From assembly GCA_963704885.1 (NCBI GenBank), contig CAVPIB010000004.1:768001-832000 (forward strand): a DNA stretch of 64,000 nucleotides. Direction: 5' to 3'. This stretch comes from an uncultured Actinomycetes bacterium. Its GTDB lineage: Bacteria; Actinomycetota; UBA4738; HRBIN12. This document shows, piece after piece, positions 21,763-31,011 of the stretch; the first letter of the stretch is position 1; each line of letters opens with the position of its first letter. Below the pieces are notes generated by a model, which saw only the letters and a list, made by a program, of their open reading frames with translations, did not search any database and had not been told where the DNA came from. The translations under genes and the position numbers were made by a program.

Positions 21763-23568
21763 ATGGCCGATCCCGTCCGCCTGGTGGAGCTCCGCGTGCT
21801 CGACGGCCCCAATCTGTACTTCACCCGTCCCGCGATCAAGCTGACGCTCGCCGTTCCCGGCTGGCTGCGCACGACAGAGGAACGGGTGACCGCGATAGTC
21901 GATCGCCTTGGGTTCCCCGCAGGCACCAAGGCTGGACCCCCGGGGAGCGATCAGCGGCGCAGGTTGGTCTCCCGCATCGCCGCGCACCTGGCGCGCCGGA
22001 CGGCGGTCGCCGGCGGCGCGCGACGCCTCTCGGTCCGGGCACGACCTGGGCCTGAGCGTGATCAGATCGTGGTGGCGTTCCCCTGGCGGCGGCGCGCCGC
22101 CGCCGAGTCGCTGGCGAACGAGATCGCCGACGGGATGAGCGCCTTGCTCCGCCGCTCGCCCGACCGGCTGATCGCCGAGGCCGGTAGGCGCCTCGCGGGC
22201 GTCGAGCCGGGTGACGCACCGGCCGTCCCGGACCCCGACGTTCCCGTGATCCAGGTGACGGGGACGAACGGCAAGACGACGACCGTGCGCCTCCTGGCCC
22301 ACCTGGTGCGGGCCGCGGGACTGCGGGTGGCCTACTCCTCGACGGACGGCGTGTACCGCGACGACGACGATCTGGTGGAGGCCGGCGACTACTCGGGGTT
22401 CGGAGGCGCGGCCCGGGCGCTCTCCCAGATCCCCGACATCGCGGTCCTTGAGACGGCGCGTGGCGGGATGCTCTTGCGCGGCGTGGGCGTGCAGCACAAC
22501 GACGTGGCCGTCGTGACCAACGTCAGCGACGATCACCTCGGATTGAACGGCGTGGACACCGTGGATCAGCTGGCCGAGGTGAAGAGCATCGTCACCCGCA
22601 TCACGCGGCCGGATGGTTGGGACGTCCTGAACGCCGACGACCCTCGCGTGCTGGCGATGCGCCGGCATGCGAGCGGACGCCCCTGGCTCTTTACCACCCA
22701 CCCGGATCATCCCGCGATCCGCGAGGTGCTCTCCGAAGGTGGCCGAGCGATCACCGTTCTGGACGACCGGTTGTCCTGGCTCGAGAGGCGACAGACCCAT
22801 CCGCTACTACCGGTCGTCGACGTCCCGGTGACCCTGGCCGGCCTCTCCAAGACGAACCTGCAGAACGCCATGGCCGCCACCGCGGCCGCCCTCGCCATAG
22901 GCCTGCCGGAACGTGCGGTCGTTCGGGGCTTGAGATCGTTCGTGTTGGACCCCGAGCGGAACCCGGGCCGCGCGAACCTGTTCCGGCTCGACGGCCGGAT
23001 CGTGGTTATCGACTACGCCCATAACGAAGCCGGGATGATCGGCCTCACGGAGATCTTGAACGGACTATGTCGCCGTGAGAGCGAGACTTGGCTCGCCATC
23101 TGTACGGCCGGCGACCGGACCGACGCCATCCTGCACTCGTTCGCGTTCAGAGCCGCGGTCGGTTCCGACCACCTGGGAGTGGCGGAGCTCCTCCACTACC
23201 TGCGTGGGCGCACGCGCGAGGACATCGTGGAGCGGCTGCGCGAGGGGGCGCGGGAGGCCGGTGTCGACGACGTGTCGGTCTACGACGACGAGCTCGTGGC
23301 CCTGCGCTCCTTGCTCGAGCGCTCATCTGCAGGTGACGTTGTGAGCGTCACGGCGCTCGGGAAGCGACCCGAGATCTTCGCCTGGCTGGACGGGGCCGGC
23401 GCCACACGGTTGAGCCCGGGCGAAGTCCGACGCCTGGTCCGCGCGGTGCGTCGGTCGCGCGAGACCGATGCCGACGCGGGGGCGACCACCGACCCGGGAC
23501 TAGACTGGATCGGATGCAGGTCGATCCTAAGACGCCTTCCGTCCACGCGATGGAGTCCCCACTCGTGA
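21763..23568 (+). CDS. CphA-like Mur ligase lacking the ATP-grasp domain (degenerate N domain plus Mur ligase domain)
   Basis: N-terminal LRVLDGPNLY resembles CphA QVFRGPNYW; then VTGTNGKTTT, LETARGGMLLRG, NVSDDHLG, LNADDP, NPGRAN, IDYAHN and GDR; true stop may be near 23500. Confidence 0.8.
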   Translation: MADPVRLVELRVLDGPNLYFTRPAIKLTLAVPGWLRTTEERVTAIVDRLGFPAGTKAGPPGSDQRRRLVSRIAAHLARRTAVAGGARRLSVRARPGPERDQIVVAFPWRRRAAAESLANEIADGMSALLRRSPDRLIAEAGRRLAGVEPGDAPAVPDPDVPVIQVTGTNGKTTTVRLLAHLVRAAGLRVAYSSTDGVYRDDDDLVEAGDYSGFGGAARALSQIPDIAVLETARGGMLLRGVGVQHNDVAVVTNVSDDHLGLNGVDTVDQLAEVKSIVTRITRPDGWDVLNADDPRVLAMRRHASGRPWLFTTHPDHPAIREVLSEGGRAITVLDDRLSWLERRQTHPLLPVVDVPVTLAGLSKTNLQNAMAATAAALAIGLPERAVVRGLRSFVLDPERNPGRANLFRLDGRIVVIDYAHNEAGMIGLTEILNGLCRRESETWLAICTAGDRTDAILHSFAFRAAVGSDHLGVAELLHYLRGRTREDIVERLREGAREAGVDDVSVYDDELVALRSLLERSSAGDVVSVTALGKRPEIFAWLDGAGATRLSPGEVRRLVRAVRRSRETDADAGATTDPGLDWIGCRSILRRLPSTRWSPHS

Positions 23569-24992
23569 TCGCGTCGAACCGTGGCCCCCTCAGCTTCGAG
23601 CGCGACGACAGAGGCGAGCTGATCGCCCGTCGCGGCTCCGGGGGTCTCGTCACGGCCCTCTCCAGCGTCTTCTTCCGCGACGACATCACGTGGGTGTCGG
23701 CGGCGATGACCGAGGGTGATAGGGCGATCGCCGACTCCGGTGAGGAGGTGGCCCCCGAGGCCGGGATCCGCGTCCGATTCGTAGGGATCCCGGAGGATCG
23801 GTACGAGGCGTATTACAACCGGATCGCGAACGGCGTGCTGTGGTTCCTCCACCACTACCTCTGGGACATCGCGCGATCGCCCCGGTTCGGCGATGACACC
23901 GTGCGCGACTGGCAGGAGTTCGTCGAGGCCAACCGGAGCTTCGCTACCGTACTCGCGCAGCAAGCCGGCGACGCGCCCGTCTACCTGATCCAGGACTATC
24001 ATCTCGCGCTGGTCCCGGCCATGCTCCGTGAGCTCCGGCCCGACGCGAAGATCGTCCATTTCTCCCACACGCCGTTCGCAGGTCCCACCTACCTACGGAT
24101 CCTCCCGGTAGAGATGCGCTCGGCGCTCCTGCGCGGGATGGCGGGCGCCGACGTCGTCGGGTTCCAGGCCCGCACCTGGGCGGAGAATTTCCTGCTCTCG
24201 TGTCGCGGCCTGGAGGGGATGCGCGTGGACCTGCATCGGTGGCGGGTCTCCGACGACGAGCACCCCACCGTCGTGAGGACCTTCCCGGTAGGCGTGAACG
24301 CAGCCTCGATACGCCAGACGGCGGCGGAGCCCGACGTTCAGGCCACCCGCAAGGAGATCGAGCATGAACGCGGCGAGCGAGCCTTGTTGCTGCGAGTGGA
24401 CCGGCTGGAGCCGTCCAAGAACATCTTGCGCGGGTTCCTTGCCTACGAGCTTTTCCTGCGGCGCAACCCCGCGTGGCTCGGTCGCGTTCGGTTCCTGGCC
24501 CTTCTGAGCCCCTCCCGTGAGGACGTGCCCGAGTACCTGAACTACGGCGAGGAGTGCCTGGCGGAGGTGAAGCGGATCAACGCCGAGCTCGGCCGGGACG
24601 ACTGGGAACCGATCGACGTCCGCGTCCAAGAGGACTACGCGTACGCCGTCGCCGCGTACGGCGTCTACGACGCGATGCTCGTGAACCCCGTCTACGACGG
24701 CATGAACCTGGTCGCGATGGAGGGGCCGCTCATCAACCGCCGACACGGCGTCTTGATCCTGTCGCGCAACGCAGGCGCCTTCGGTCGACTGGGTCGCCAC
24801 GCGCTCTCGATCAACCCTTTCGACCTGGCCGAGACCGCCGAGGCTATCCGAGAAGGTCTCGAGATGCCCGACGAGGAGCGGACCCGACGCGCACGTGGTC
24901 TTTCTCGGATGGTGCAAGCGCATACGCCGGCCACCTGGCTCACCGAACAGCTCGAAGCCGTGGATCAGGTCCGAGGTCCGGCGACCGGCTGA
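23514..24992 (+). CDS. otsA: Trehalose-6-phosphate synthase (GT20)
   Basis: IASNRGP, GGLVTAL, QDYHLALVP, HFSHTPF, RVDRLEPSKNILRG and DGMNLVAMEG. Confidence 0.88.
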   Translation: MQVDPKTPSVHAMESPLVIASNRGPLSFERDDRGELIARRGSGGLVTALSSVFFRDDITWVSAAMTEGDRAIADSGEEVAPEAGIRVRFVGIPEDRYEAYYNRIANGVLWFLHHYLWDIARSPRFGDDTVRDWQEFVEANRSFATVLAQQAGDAPVYLIQDYHLALVPAMLRELRPDAKIVHFSHTPFAGPTYLRILPVEMRSALLRGMAGADVVGFQARTWAENFLLSCRGLEGMRVDLHRWRVSDDEHPTVVRTFPVGVNAASIRQTAAEPDVQATRKEIEHERGERALLLRVDRLEPSKNILRGFLAYELFLRRNPAWLGRVRFLALLSPSREDVPEYLNYGEECLAEVKRINAELGRDDWEPIDVRVQEDYAYAVAAYGVYDAMLVNPVYDGMNLVAMEGPLINRRHGVLILSRNAGAFGRLGRHALSINPFDLAETAEAIREGLEMPDEERTRRARGLSRMVQAHTPATWLTEQLEAVDQVRGPATG

Positions 24993-25002
24993 AGCTCGCG
25001 CT

Positions 25003-25320
25003 TCAGGGCGCGATCGCGCGGAGCAGCTCCCGCATCCCCACGGGTCCGTCTACTACCACGTCGGCCGCGGCGACGACCTCGGGCGGGAGCGACCCGCGTC
25101 ACCGCTCCGACCACGTCGGCCGAGACGGGGACAGCTCCCCCTCGTCGCCTAGACCGTAGAGCCCCGCGATCTGGACCCGGTCGACGCCCACGAGCTCGGC
25201 AACGTGGGCTCTTGGACGTCCCGACACCACAGCCACGAGCGCGTAGGCCAGGGTCAGCTCGCCAAGCACGTCCCTGATGCCTGGGTCGATACGCGCGAGT
25301 TCGGGACGTTCGACGAAATC
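25003..25320 (-). pseudogene. otsB: Trehalose-6-phosphate phosphatase remnant (N-terminal DFDGT motif and central part missing)
   Basis: VERPELAR..VAVVSGRP..GLYGL fragment followed directly by C-terminal PPEVVAAADVVVDGP.G..ELLRAIAP*. Confidence 0.65.
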
Positions 25321-25362
25321 GCTGCGATCACCCCAGATCCCGCTGGGGATGCCCGTCGCCAC

Positions 25363-25535
25363 CATGCTCGCGCCCTCTGCGAGAAGCTGCTCTCCTTGGC
25401 CAGCCCGCTCGGCCTGCACGCCGAGGAGCTCGATCCTGTGAGCGGCCGTCATCTCGGCAACTTCCCGCAGGCGTTCACGCACCTCGCCCTTATCAACGCC
25501 CTGATGCATGTGATCCACGCGGAGTCCGAGCAGGA
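25363..25535 (+). pseudogene. C-terminal fragment of a GH15 glycoside hydrolase (trehalase/glucoamylase-like)
   Basis: ARALCEKLLSLASPLGLHAEELDPVSGRHLGNFPQAFTHLALINA is the conserved GH15 C-terminal motif; no upstream part is present. Confidence 0.75.
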
Positions 25536-25563
25536 GAGGACCGCAGCGTTTCCCGGCGAGGCG

Positions 25564-25905
25564 TCAGTCGGAGATCTGGCGGCTGCAGGCGACGCAGTAC
25601 GGGGTCCAGGGGATGGCCTCCAGACGCTCGGCGGGGATCTCAGAACCGCAGCGGACGCAGGCCCCGTACGCGCCGTCGTCGATCCTAGCCAGAGCGCCGT
25701 CGATGGCGGCGAGCGTTCCAGCGAGCGACCGGGCCGCCGAGGTCTGGTTGATGCGCTCCACCGCCTCCGTCGTTCCGTCGCCGACGCGCTTGCCGAAAGA
25801 AACCGTCGCCGTGGGGTCCCGCCGGACCTCGACGAGCGCTCCGAGTGAGGACCGCAGCTCATCGCGGCGGGCCTCCAGCTCCTGCTTGATCCGCTCCACG
25901 TCCAC
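25564..25905 (-). CDS. TraR/DksA C4 zinc-finger protein
   Basis: ALARIDDGAYGACVRCGSEIPAERLEAIPWTPYCVAC; coiled-coil tip GKRVGDGTTEA. Confidence 0.88.
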   Translation of the reverse strand: MDVERIKQELEARRDELRSSLGALVEVRRDPTATVSFGKRVGDGTTEAVERINQTSAARSLAGTLAAIDGALARIDDGAYGACVRCGSEIPAERLEAIPWTPYCVACSRQISD

Positions 25906-25917
25906 CTGGAGATCGCC

Positions 25918-28767
25918 TCAGACGCTGAGCAGGTCAGGGTCGCCGCCGACCGCCTCGACCTGACCGTCGCCCTCAGAGGCCCTCAGCACCTGAGGGGCAG
26001 CCGAACCCCGTCGCGATTCCAGCTCGTGGTACACCTCGGTGGCGTAGTCCACGCACAGAACGACCAGGTCGCCGGGGCGCGAGCGGTTCAAGGCCATGCG
26101 CGCCGCCTCCATCTCGTCCAGGACGATCTCGGCGTTCCCGACTCGGGCCGTTCCCGTCTCCTGAGCCTCGCGCACGCCTTCCAGGATCAGCTCGGCGGTC
26201 TGCCCCGTCGGCCGCCCACGGCTCTTGCGGTCCTCCCGGATGATCAACTCATCGAAGTACTTAGCGGCGACCCGTCCGAGCTCGCGCATATCTTCGTCGC
26301 GCCTGTCACCCGCCGTGGCGACCACAGCGACCCGCAGGTTGGCGGTCCACGAGGCCTCTCCCGGCTGACCGCCCACCGGTGCGTCCGACGTCATCCGATC
26401 CACGAAGTCCCCCACCATCTCCAATCCAGCGGCGTTGTGGGCGTAGTCGATCAACACCTTGACCCCATCCAGGTCGAACAGGTTCAACCGACCGGGCGCC
26501 TGATAGACGGAGGTGGTGAACGACCGCAGACCTTGCCGGATGTCATGAAGGTGCGCACCGGCTGCATGCGCGGCCGCCGCTGCGGCCATGGCGTTCTGCA
26601 CCATCATCCGTGCCTTGCCCTCGAACGTGGCCGGCAGCGTGTGCACCCACGCGATCGGCATGGTGCGACGCCCCTCGCGTATCACCATCATCTCGCCGCG
26701 CGGGCCGTGCTCCAGCACGACCGCCTTGCGACCACGCCGGATCCAACGTTCGACCAGATCGTGCTTCTCCTTCATGGTGAACAGGATCACGTTCCCGCTG
26801 CAGTGGCGGCGCATCTCGAGCACCAGCGGGTCGTCCGCATTGAGCACCGCGTATCCGTTGCGTGGCACGGCTTCCACCACTACTTGCTTGACCGCAGCCA
26901 GCTGCTCCAGCGTGTCGATCTCCTTCAGACCCAGATGGTCGCCAGTCACGTTCAGGACCACGCCGACGTCGTTGCGTTCGTAACCCAGGCCCTCTCGGAG
27001 GATCCCACCGCGCGCGATCTCGAAGATGGCCATGTCCACGCGGGGGTTCTGCAACACCATGAGCGCCGACTTGGGACCCGATGCGTCGACGCGTTTGACC
27101 AGTCGCTCGTCGATGAAGATGCCGTCGGTCGAGGTGATGCCCACCTGGCGTCCCATCCCCCGGAAGATGTGGGAGATCATGCGCGTGGTGGTGGTCTTCC
27201 CGTTCGAGCCCGTCACCGCCACGATCGGGATCCGGGCCGGGGTGCCAGGCGGGAAGAGCAGATCTACCACGTGTTTCGCCACGTACTGCGGCTCGCCCTC
27301 GGTCGGATTCGTGTGCATGCGGAACCCCGGAGCCGCGTTCACCTCCACGATCGCGCCGCCGGTCTCGCGGACGGGATGTGCGATGTCTGGAGCCAGGAAG
27401 TCGATGCCGGCGACGTCGAGCCCCACCACCCCGGCCGCCTCCTCGGCGATCTCGATGTTGTCCTCGTGGGCGTCCCACGTCCTGTCGATCGAGATGCCTC
27501 CCGTGGACATGTTGCCTGTGGCAGCCAGCAGCACGCGCTCACCCTCGGGCGGCACGTCGTCCAGCCCGTAGCCCTGCTTCTTGACCAGCTCGATAGCCGC
27601 GTCATCGATCTTGATCCTGGTCAGGACCTTCTCGTGACCGAGGCCACGTCTGGGGTCTTGGTTGGTGAGCTCCACCAGCTCGCGGACGGATCGCTTGCCG
27701 TCGCCGATCACGTGCGCCGGGACGCGCTCCGCGATCGCCACAACCCGCCCCCCGATCACGAGGACCCGGTAGTCGTTGCCGGTCACGAAGCCCTCCACGA
27801 CCACCCGGCCGTTCCGCGATTCCTTCACCGCGCGTTTGAACCCGGTGCGGACGCCGCGTTCGGTTCGAAGTTCCAGACCCACCCCGCGCCCATGGTTGCC
27901 GTCGAGCGGCTTGGTGACCACGGGGAACCCGATCCGCTTGGCCGCGGCCACGGCATCGTCTTCGTTGCGTACGACCTCACTGCGCGGAACAGGCAGGCCC
28001 GCCGCGGCCAACAGCTGATTGGTCATCTTCTTGTCGCCCGCGATGTCCACCGCCAGCGCCGACGTGGCCGACGTCATGGTGGCGCGGATGCGTTGCTGAT
28101 ACTTCCCCTGGCCGAGCTGCACCAGAGATTGCTGGTTCAGCCGGATGAACGGGATGTCCCGGCTGGCCGCCTCGTCCAAGATCGCCTGCGTCGAAGGGCC
28201 GAACTGCCGCCTCTCGGCCAGGAGGATCAGGCGCTCGAGCTCCGGCGTGAACTCGAACCCCGGGGCTGGCTTGATCAGCTGGTTCACCAGGCGGACGGCC
28301 AGCTTGCCGGCCTCGACGCCCACCACTTCCTCGGCGTAGCCGTAGATCACGTTGTATCGACCGTGCGCGCCGGCGCTTCGGGTCTTGCCCCTTGAGATCT
28401 GGGCGCCGGACTCGCGTTGCAACTCGAGAGCCACGTGCTCGGCGACGTGTCCGAGCCAGGTACCGTCCTCCAACCGCTCGCGGAAGCCGCCTCGCTTGCC
28501 GAGCGAGCAGGAGTGTTCGCCGACGCCGGGTAGAAGCTCCAGGAGCCTGCCGTTGAAGCCGGGGATCGTGTTGGACGGCCACTCCTCGAGCGAGCCCAGA
28601 TCCACCAGCATCCGGATGCACGGCTCGTAGGACCAGTAGTTCGGACCTCGGAACACCTGCGCCTGCAAGATCTTCAGGTCGGGGCGGAGCCGGGCCTGCT
28701 TCTGGGAGGCGGGCTCGCGCTTCTCCCGCTGCCGGTCGGCGCGGGTCTTGGCCGCCCCCGCGGTCAC
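25918..28767 (-). CDS. cphA: Cyanophycin synthetase (CphA1-type)
   Basis: N domain EHSCS..HVAEH; GPSTQAI; ATP-grasp KPLDGNHGRGV and EVNAAPGFRMH; Mur domain VTGSNGKTTT, EIARGGILREGL and DYAHN. Confidence 0.95.
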   Translation of the reverse strand: MTAGAAKTRADRQREKREPASQKQARLRPDLKILQAQVFRGPNYWSYEPCIRMLVDLGSLEEWPSNTIPGFNGRLLELLPGVGEHSCSLGKRGGFRERLEDGTWLGHVAEHVALELQRESGAQISRGKTRSAGAHGRYNVIYGYAEEVVGVEAGKLAVRLVNQLIKPAPGFEFTPELERLILLAERRQFGPSTQAILDEAASRDIPFIRLNQQSLVQLGQGKYQQRIRATMTSATSALAVDIAGDKKMTNQLLAAAGLPVPRSEVVRNEDDAVAAAKRIGFPVVTKPLDGNHGRGVGLELRTERGVRTGFKRAVKESRNGRVVVEGFVTGNDYRVLVIGGRVVAIAERVPAHVIGDGKRSVRELVELTNQDPRRGLGHEKVLTRIKIDDAAIELVKKQGYGLDDVPPEGERVLLAATGNMSTGGISIDRTWDAHEDNIEIAEEAAGVVGLDVAGIDFLAPDIAHPVRETGGAIVEVNAAPGFRMHTNPTEGEPQYVAKHVVDLLFPPGTPARIPIVAVTGSNGKTTTTRMISHIFRGMGRQVGITSTDGIFIDERLVKRVDASGPKSALMVLQNPRVDMAIFEIARGGILREGLGYERNDVGVVLNVTGDHLGLKEIDTLEQLAAVKQVVVEAVPRNGYAVLNADDPLVLEMRRHCSGNVILFTMKEKHDLVERWIRRGRKAVVLEHGPRGEMMVIREGRRTMPIAWVHTLPATFEGKARMMVQNAMAAAAAAHAAGAHLHDIRQGLRSFTTSVYQAPGRLNLFDLDGVKVLIDYAHNAAGLEMVGDFVDRMTSDAPVGGQPGEASWTANLRVAVVATAGDRRDEDMRELGRVAAKYFDELIIREDRKSRGRPTGQTAELILEGVREAQETGTARVGNAEIVLDEMEAARMALNRSRPGDLVVLCVDYATEVYHELESRRGSAAPQVLRASEGDGQVEAVGGDPDLLSV

Positions 28768-29642
28768 TCCGAGGCCTCCCGCTCGGCTTCGAGCGCCCCC
28801 TCGCCGGCCATGAGCCGGCGCGACCGCAGATCGAACCAGTAGCCGGAAGGGAGCGTGTGCAAGACCGCGCCCGACACCATCAGCGGGCGGTACCCCTTGC
28901 CGCGGTACGAGTCGGTCTTCACGTGCGATCCATCCACGATCGTCACGGCTCCACGGCCGATCACCTGGATCGTCTGGTCGGAATGCACTATCGCGCAGGT
29001 GTCCTCGTCGAGCCCTACTCCCAGGAGGGACGGCGACCCCGCCACGATCGCGAGGAGCCGGCCGATCCGGCCTCGTTGCTCGAAGTGCTGATCGATCACC
29101 ACGCCGTGAAGGATCCCCAAGCCGGCGGAGAGCTGCGCCATCCGGTTCTTGGGGGTGGAACCGGTCCGGCCGAAGGCGACCATATGTGAGGCCATGGCAC
29201 TCGCGCCAGCCGACGTACCGGCCAGCACAGCACCACGGTCGTGGGCCAAGAAGAGGGCGTCTCCCAAGCGCGTCCCGGCCACCACCGAGGCCAGACGCGA
29301 CTGGTTGCCTCCGGTGAGGAACACGCCCGTGGCGGTCTGCACGGTCGCCACGAGCGCCGGATCGTCGGCCTCCTCGCGGTCATCGGGCCGAAGGCCCGTC
29401 ACCGTGCTGATCCCGAGCCCTCCGAAGAGCTCGCGGTAGAGATCGGTGGCGATGTCTCCCAGCGACGAGGCGGTGGAGATCACCACGACGTGCCCCTCGG
29501 GCCCGCCGGCGAACTTCGCGAACCGAGCCAGGATGGCCTTGTCGCGGAACTTGTCCTCGGCGCCCCCTATCACCATGACCGGACCGGCCGTGCCGAGGCC
29601 GGCCACGGACGATAGGGGACCCTTCTCCTTCGCGCGCGCCAC
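28764..29642 (-). CDS. cphB: Cyanophycinase
   Basis: IGGAEDK, TGGNQSRL, GTSAGA (catalytic Ser), IDQHFEQRGRIGRL and GLDEDT; 4-bp overlap with cphA. Confidence 0.93.
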   Translation of the reverse strand: MARAKEKGPLSSVAGLGTAGPVMVIGGAEDKFRDKAILARFAKFAGGPEGHVVVISTASSLGDIATDLYRELFGGLGISTVTGLRPDDREEADDPALVATVQTATGVFLTGGNQSRLASVVAGTRLGDALFLAHDRGAVLAGTSAGASAMASHMVAFGRTGSTPKNRMAQLSAGLGILHGVVIDQHFEQRGRIGRLLAIVAGSPSLLGVGLDEDTCAIVHSDQTIQVIGRGAVTIVDGSHVKTDSYRGKGYRPLMVSGAVLHTLPSGYWFDLRSRRLMAGEGALEAEREASE

Positions 29643-29748
29643 GTCGGTCAGTCTAACGGTGCACCCCCCGCTGGCCGGTTACATCGGGGCAGTCCCGCCC
29701 GTTCGTTGGGTAGGCTGAGCGATCGGCAACCAACGAAAGGAACAGCGC

Positions 29749-30258
29749 ATGCCTTCAGCGACGTTCGTAACCAACCAGGGTTCGTTCACAGTCACGCTGA
29801 TGCCCGAACACGCACCGGTCACGGTGTCCAACTTCGTGGCGCTTGCGACCGGCGCTCGCGAATGGACGGATCCCCGCAACCGCAAGAAGAGCTCCGAGCC
29901 GCTCTACTCGGGCACCATCTTCCACCGCGTGATCGACGGGTTCATGCTCCAGGGTGGCGACCCGGCTGGAACCGGGATGGGCGGCCCGGGCTACAAGTTC
30001 GACGACGAGTGCCCCGCGGACGGCCCGACCTTCAACCAGGTTGGACGCCTCGCCATGGCGAACTCCGGGCCCGGTACCAACGGCTCTCAGTTCTTCGTGA
30101 CTGTCGCCGAGACGCCATGGCTGAACGGCCGCCACACGATCTTCGGACAGGTGACCGATGGCTACGACGTCGTGGAGCGCATCGCGAAGGTTGCCAAGGG
30201 CCCCCAGGATCGCCCGGTGGACGACGTGGTGCTCGAGCGGGTCGAGATCGTGGAGTGA
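29749..30258 (+). CDS. ppiA: Cyclophilin-type peptidyl-prolyl cis-trans isomerase
   Basis: FHRVIDGFMLQGGDP, LAMANSGPGTNGSQFF and WLNGRHTIFG. Confidence 0.93.
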   Translation: MPSATFVTNQGSFTVTLMPEHAPVTVSNFVALATGAREWTDPRNRKKSSEPLYSGTIFHRVIDGFMLQGGDPAGTGMGGPGYKFDDECPADGPTFNQVGRLAMANSGPGTNGSQFFVTVAETPWLNGRHTIFGQVTDGYDVVERIAKVAKGPQDRPVDDVVLERVEIVE

Positions 30259-30259
30259 C

Positions 30260-30889
30260 GTGACCGCGATCCTCTGCTTCGGCGACTCCAACACCTGGGG
30301 CTACGCGGCCTCGACGCAGGATCGGCTGAGCCGATGGGAGCGGTGGCCCGGCGTATCGCAGCGGGAGCTGGGCGAGGACGTCCACGTGATCGAGGAGGGC
30401 CAGAACGGCCGGACCACCGTATTCGAGGTGGCATTCGAGCCCTACAGGAACGGCCTGGCGCACCTGCCTGTGTCGCTGCAGACCCACGCGCCGTTCGATG
30501 CGGTGGTGGTCTCGCTCGGCACGAACGACCTCTTCGTGCCGGGCGTGAACGCCTATCACGCGGCGCACGGGGCGATGAAGCTGGCCGAGGTTGCGCGTCT
30601 CAGCGGCGTAGGTCCCGCGGGCGCCGCACCCATGGTGCTCGTGGTGGTCCCTCCCCCGTTCGCTCCGCTCGGCGCCTGGGGAGGGGAATCGCCCGATGGC
30701 GAGCGGGAGTCGCAGCTGTTCGGCGAGGCCTTCCGCGTGATGGCCGACGACTACGGCGGGGTCCCGCTGCTCGACCTTCGCGACCATGTGATGTCGAGCG
30801 CCCTAGATGGGATCCACTTCGAAGCGGCGGACCACCATGTGATCGGCGTGGCGGTGGCCGGTCGCCTGCGCGAGCTACTGAACCTCTAG
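30260..30889 (+). CDS. SGNH/GDSL hydrolase
   Basis: ILCFGDSNTWG, EEGQNGRTT, LGTND and DGIH blocks. Confidence 0.9.
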   Translation: MTAILCFGDSNTWGYAASTQDRLSRWERWPGVSQRELGEDVHVIEEGQNGRTTVFEVAFEPYRNGLAHLPVSLQTHAPFDAVVVSLGTNDLFVPGVNAYHAAHGAMKLAEVARLSGVGPAGAAPMVLVVVPPPFAPLGAWGGESPDGERESQLFGEAFRVMADDYGGVPLLDLRDHVMSSALDGIHFEAADHHVIGVAVAGRLRELLNL

Positions 30890-31011
30890 CGCTCCGGGAT
30901 CCGGTTCAACCGGTAGACGTGGTGGACCCGGGGCATCAGCGTCCACCAAGCGGGGTGGCGCCCCACATCTCGTTTGCCGCATACTCCCTACCTCTTCCGG
31001 AGGAGCGAGTC

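Noticed and set aside
16859-28395. Very long alternative ORFs (e.g. 16859-19360 +, 18540-20558 -, 26026-28395 +)
   Set aside because: Antisense or shifted-frame shadows of well-supported genes, expected in high-GC DNA; no recognisable motifs
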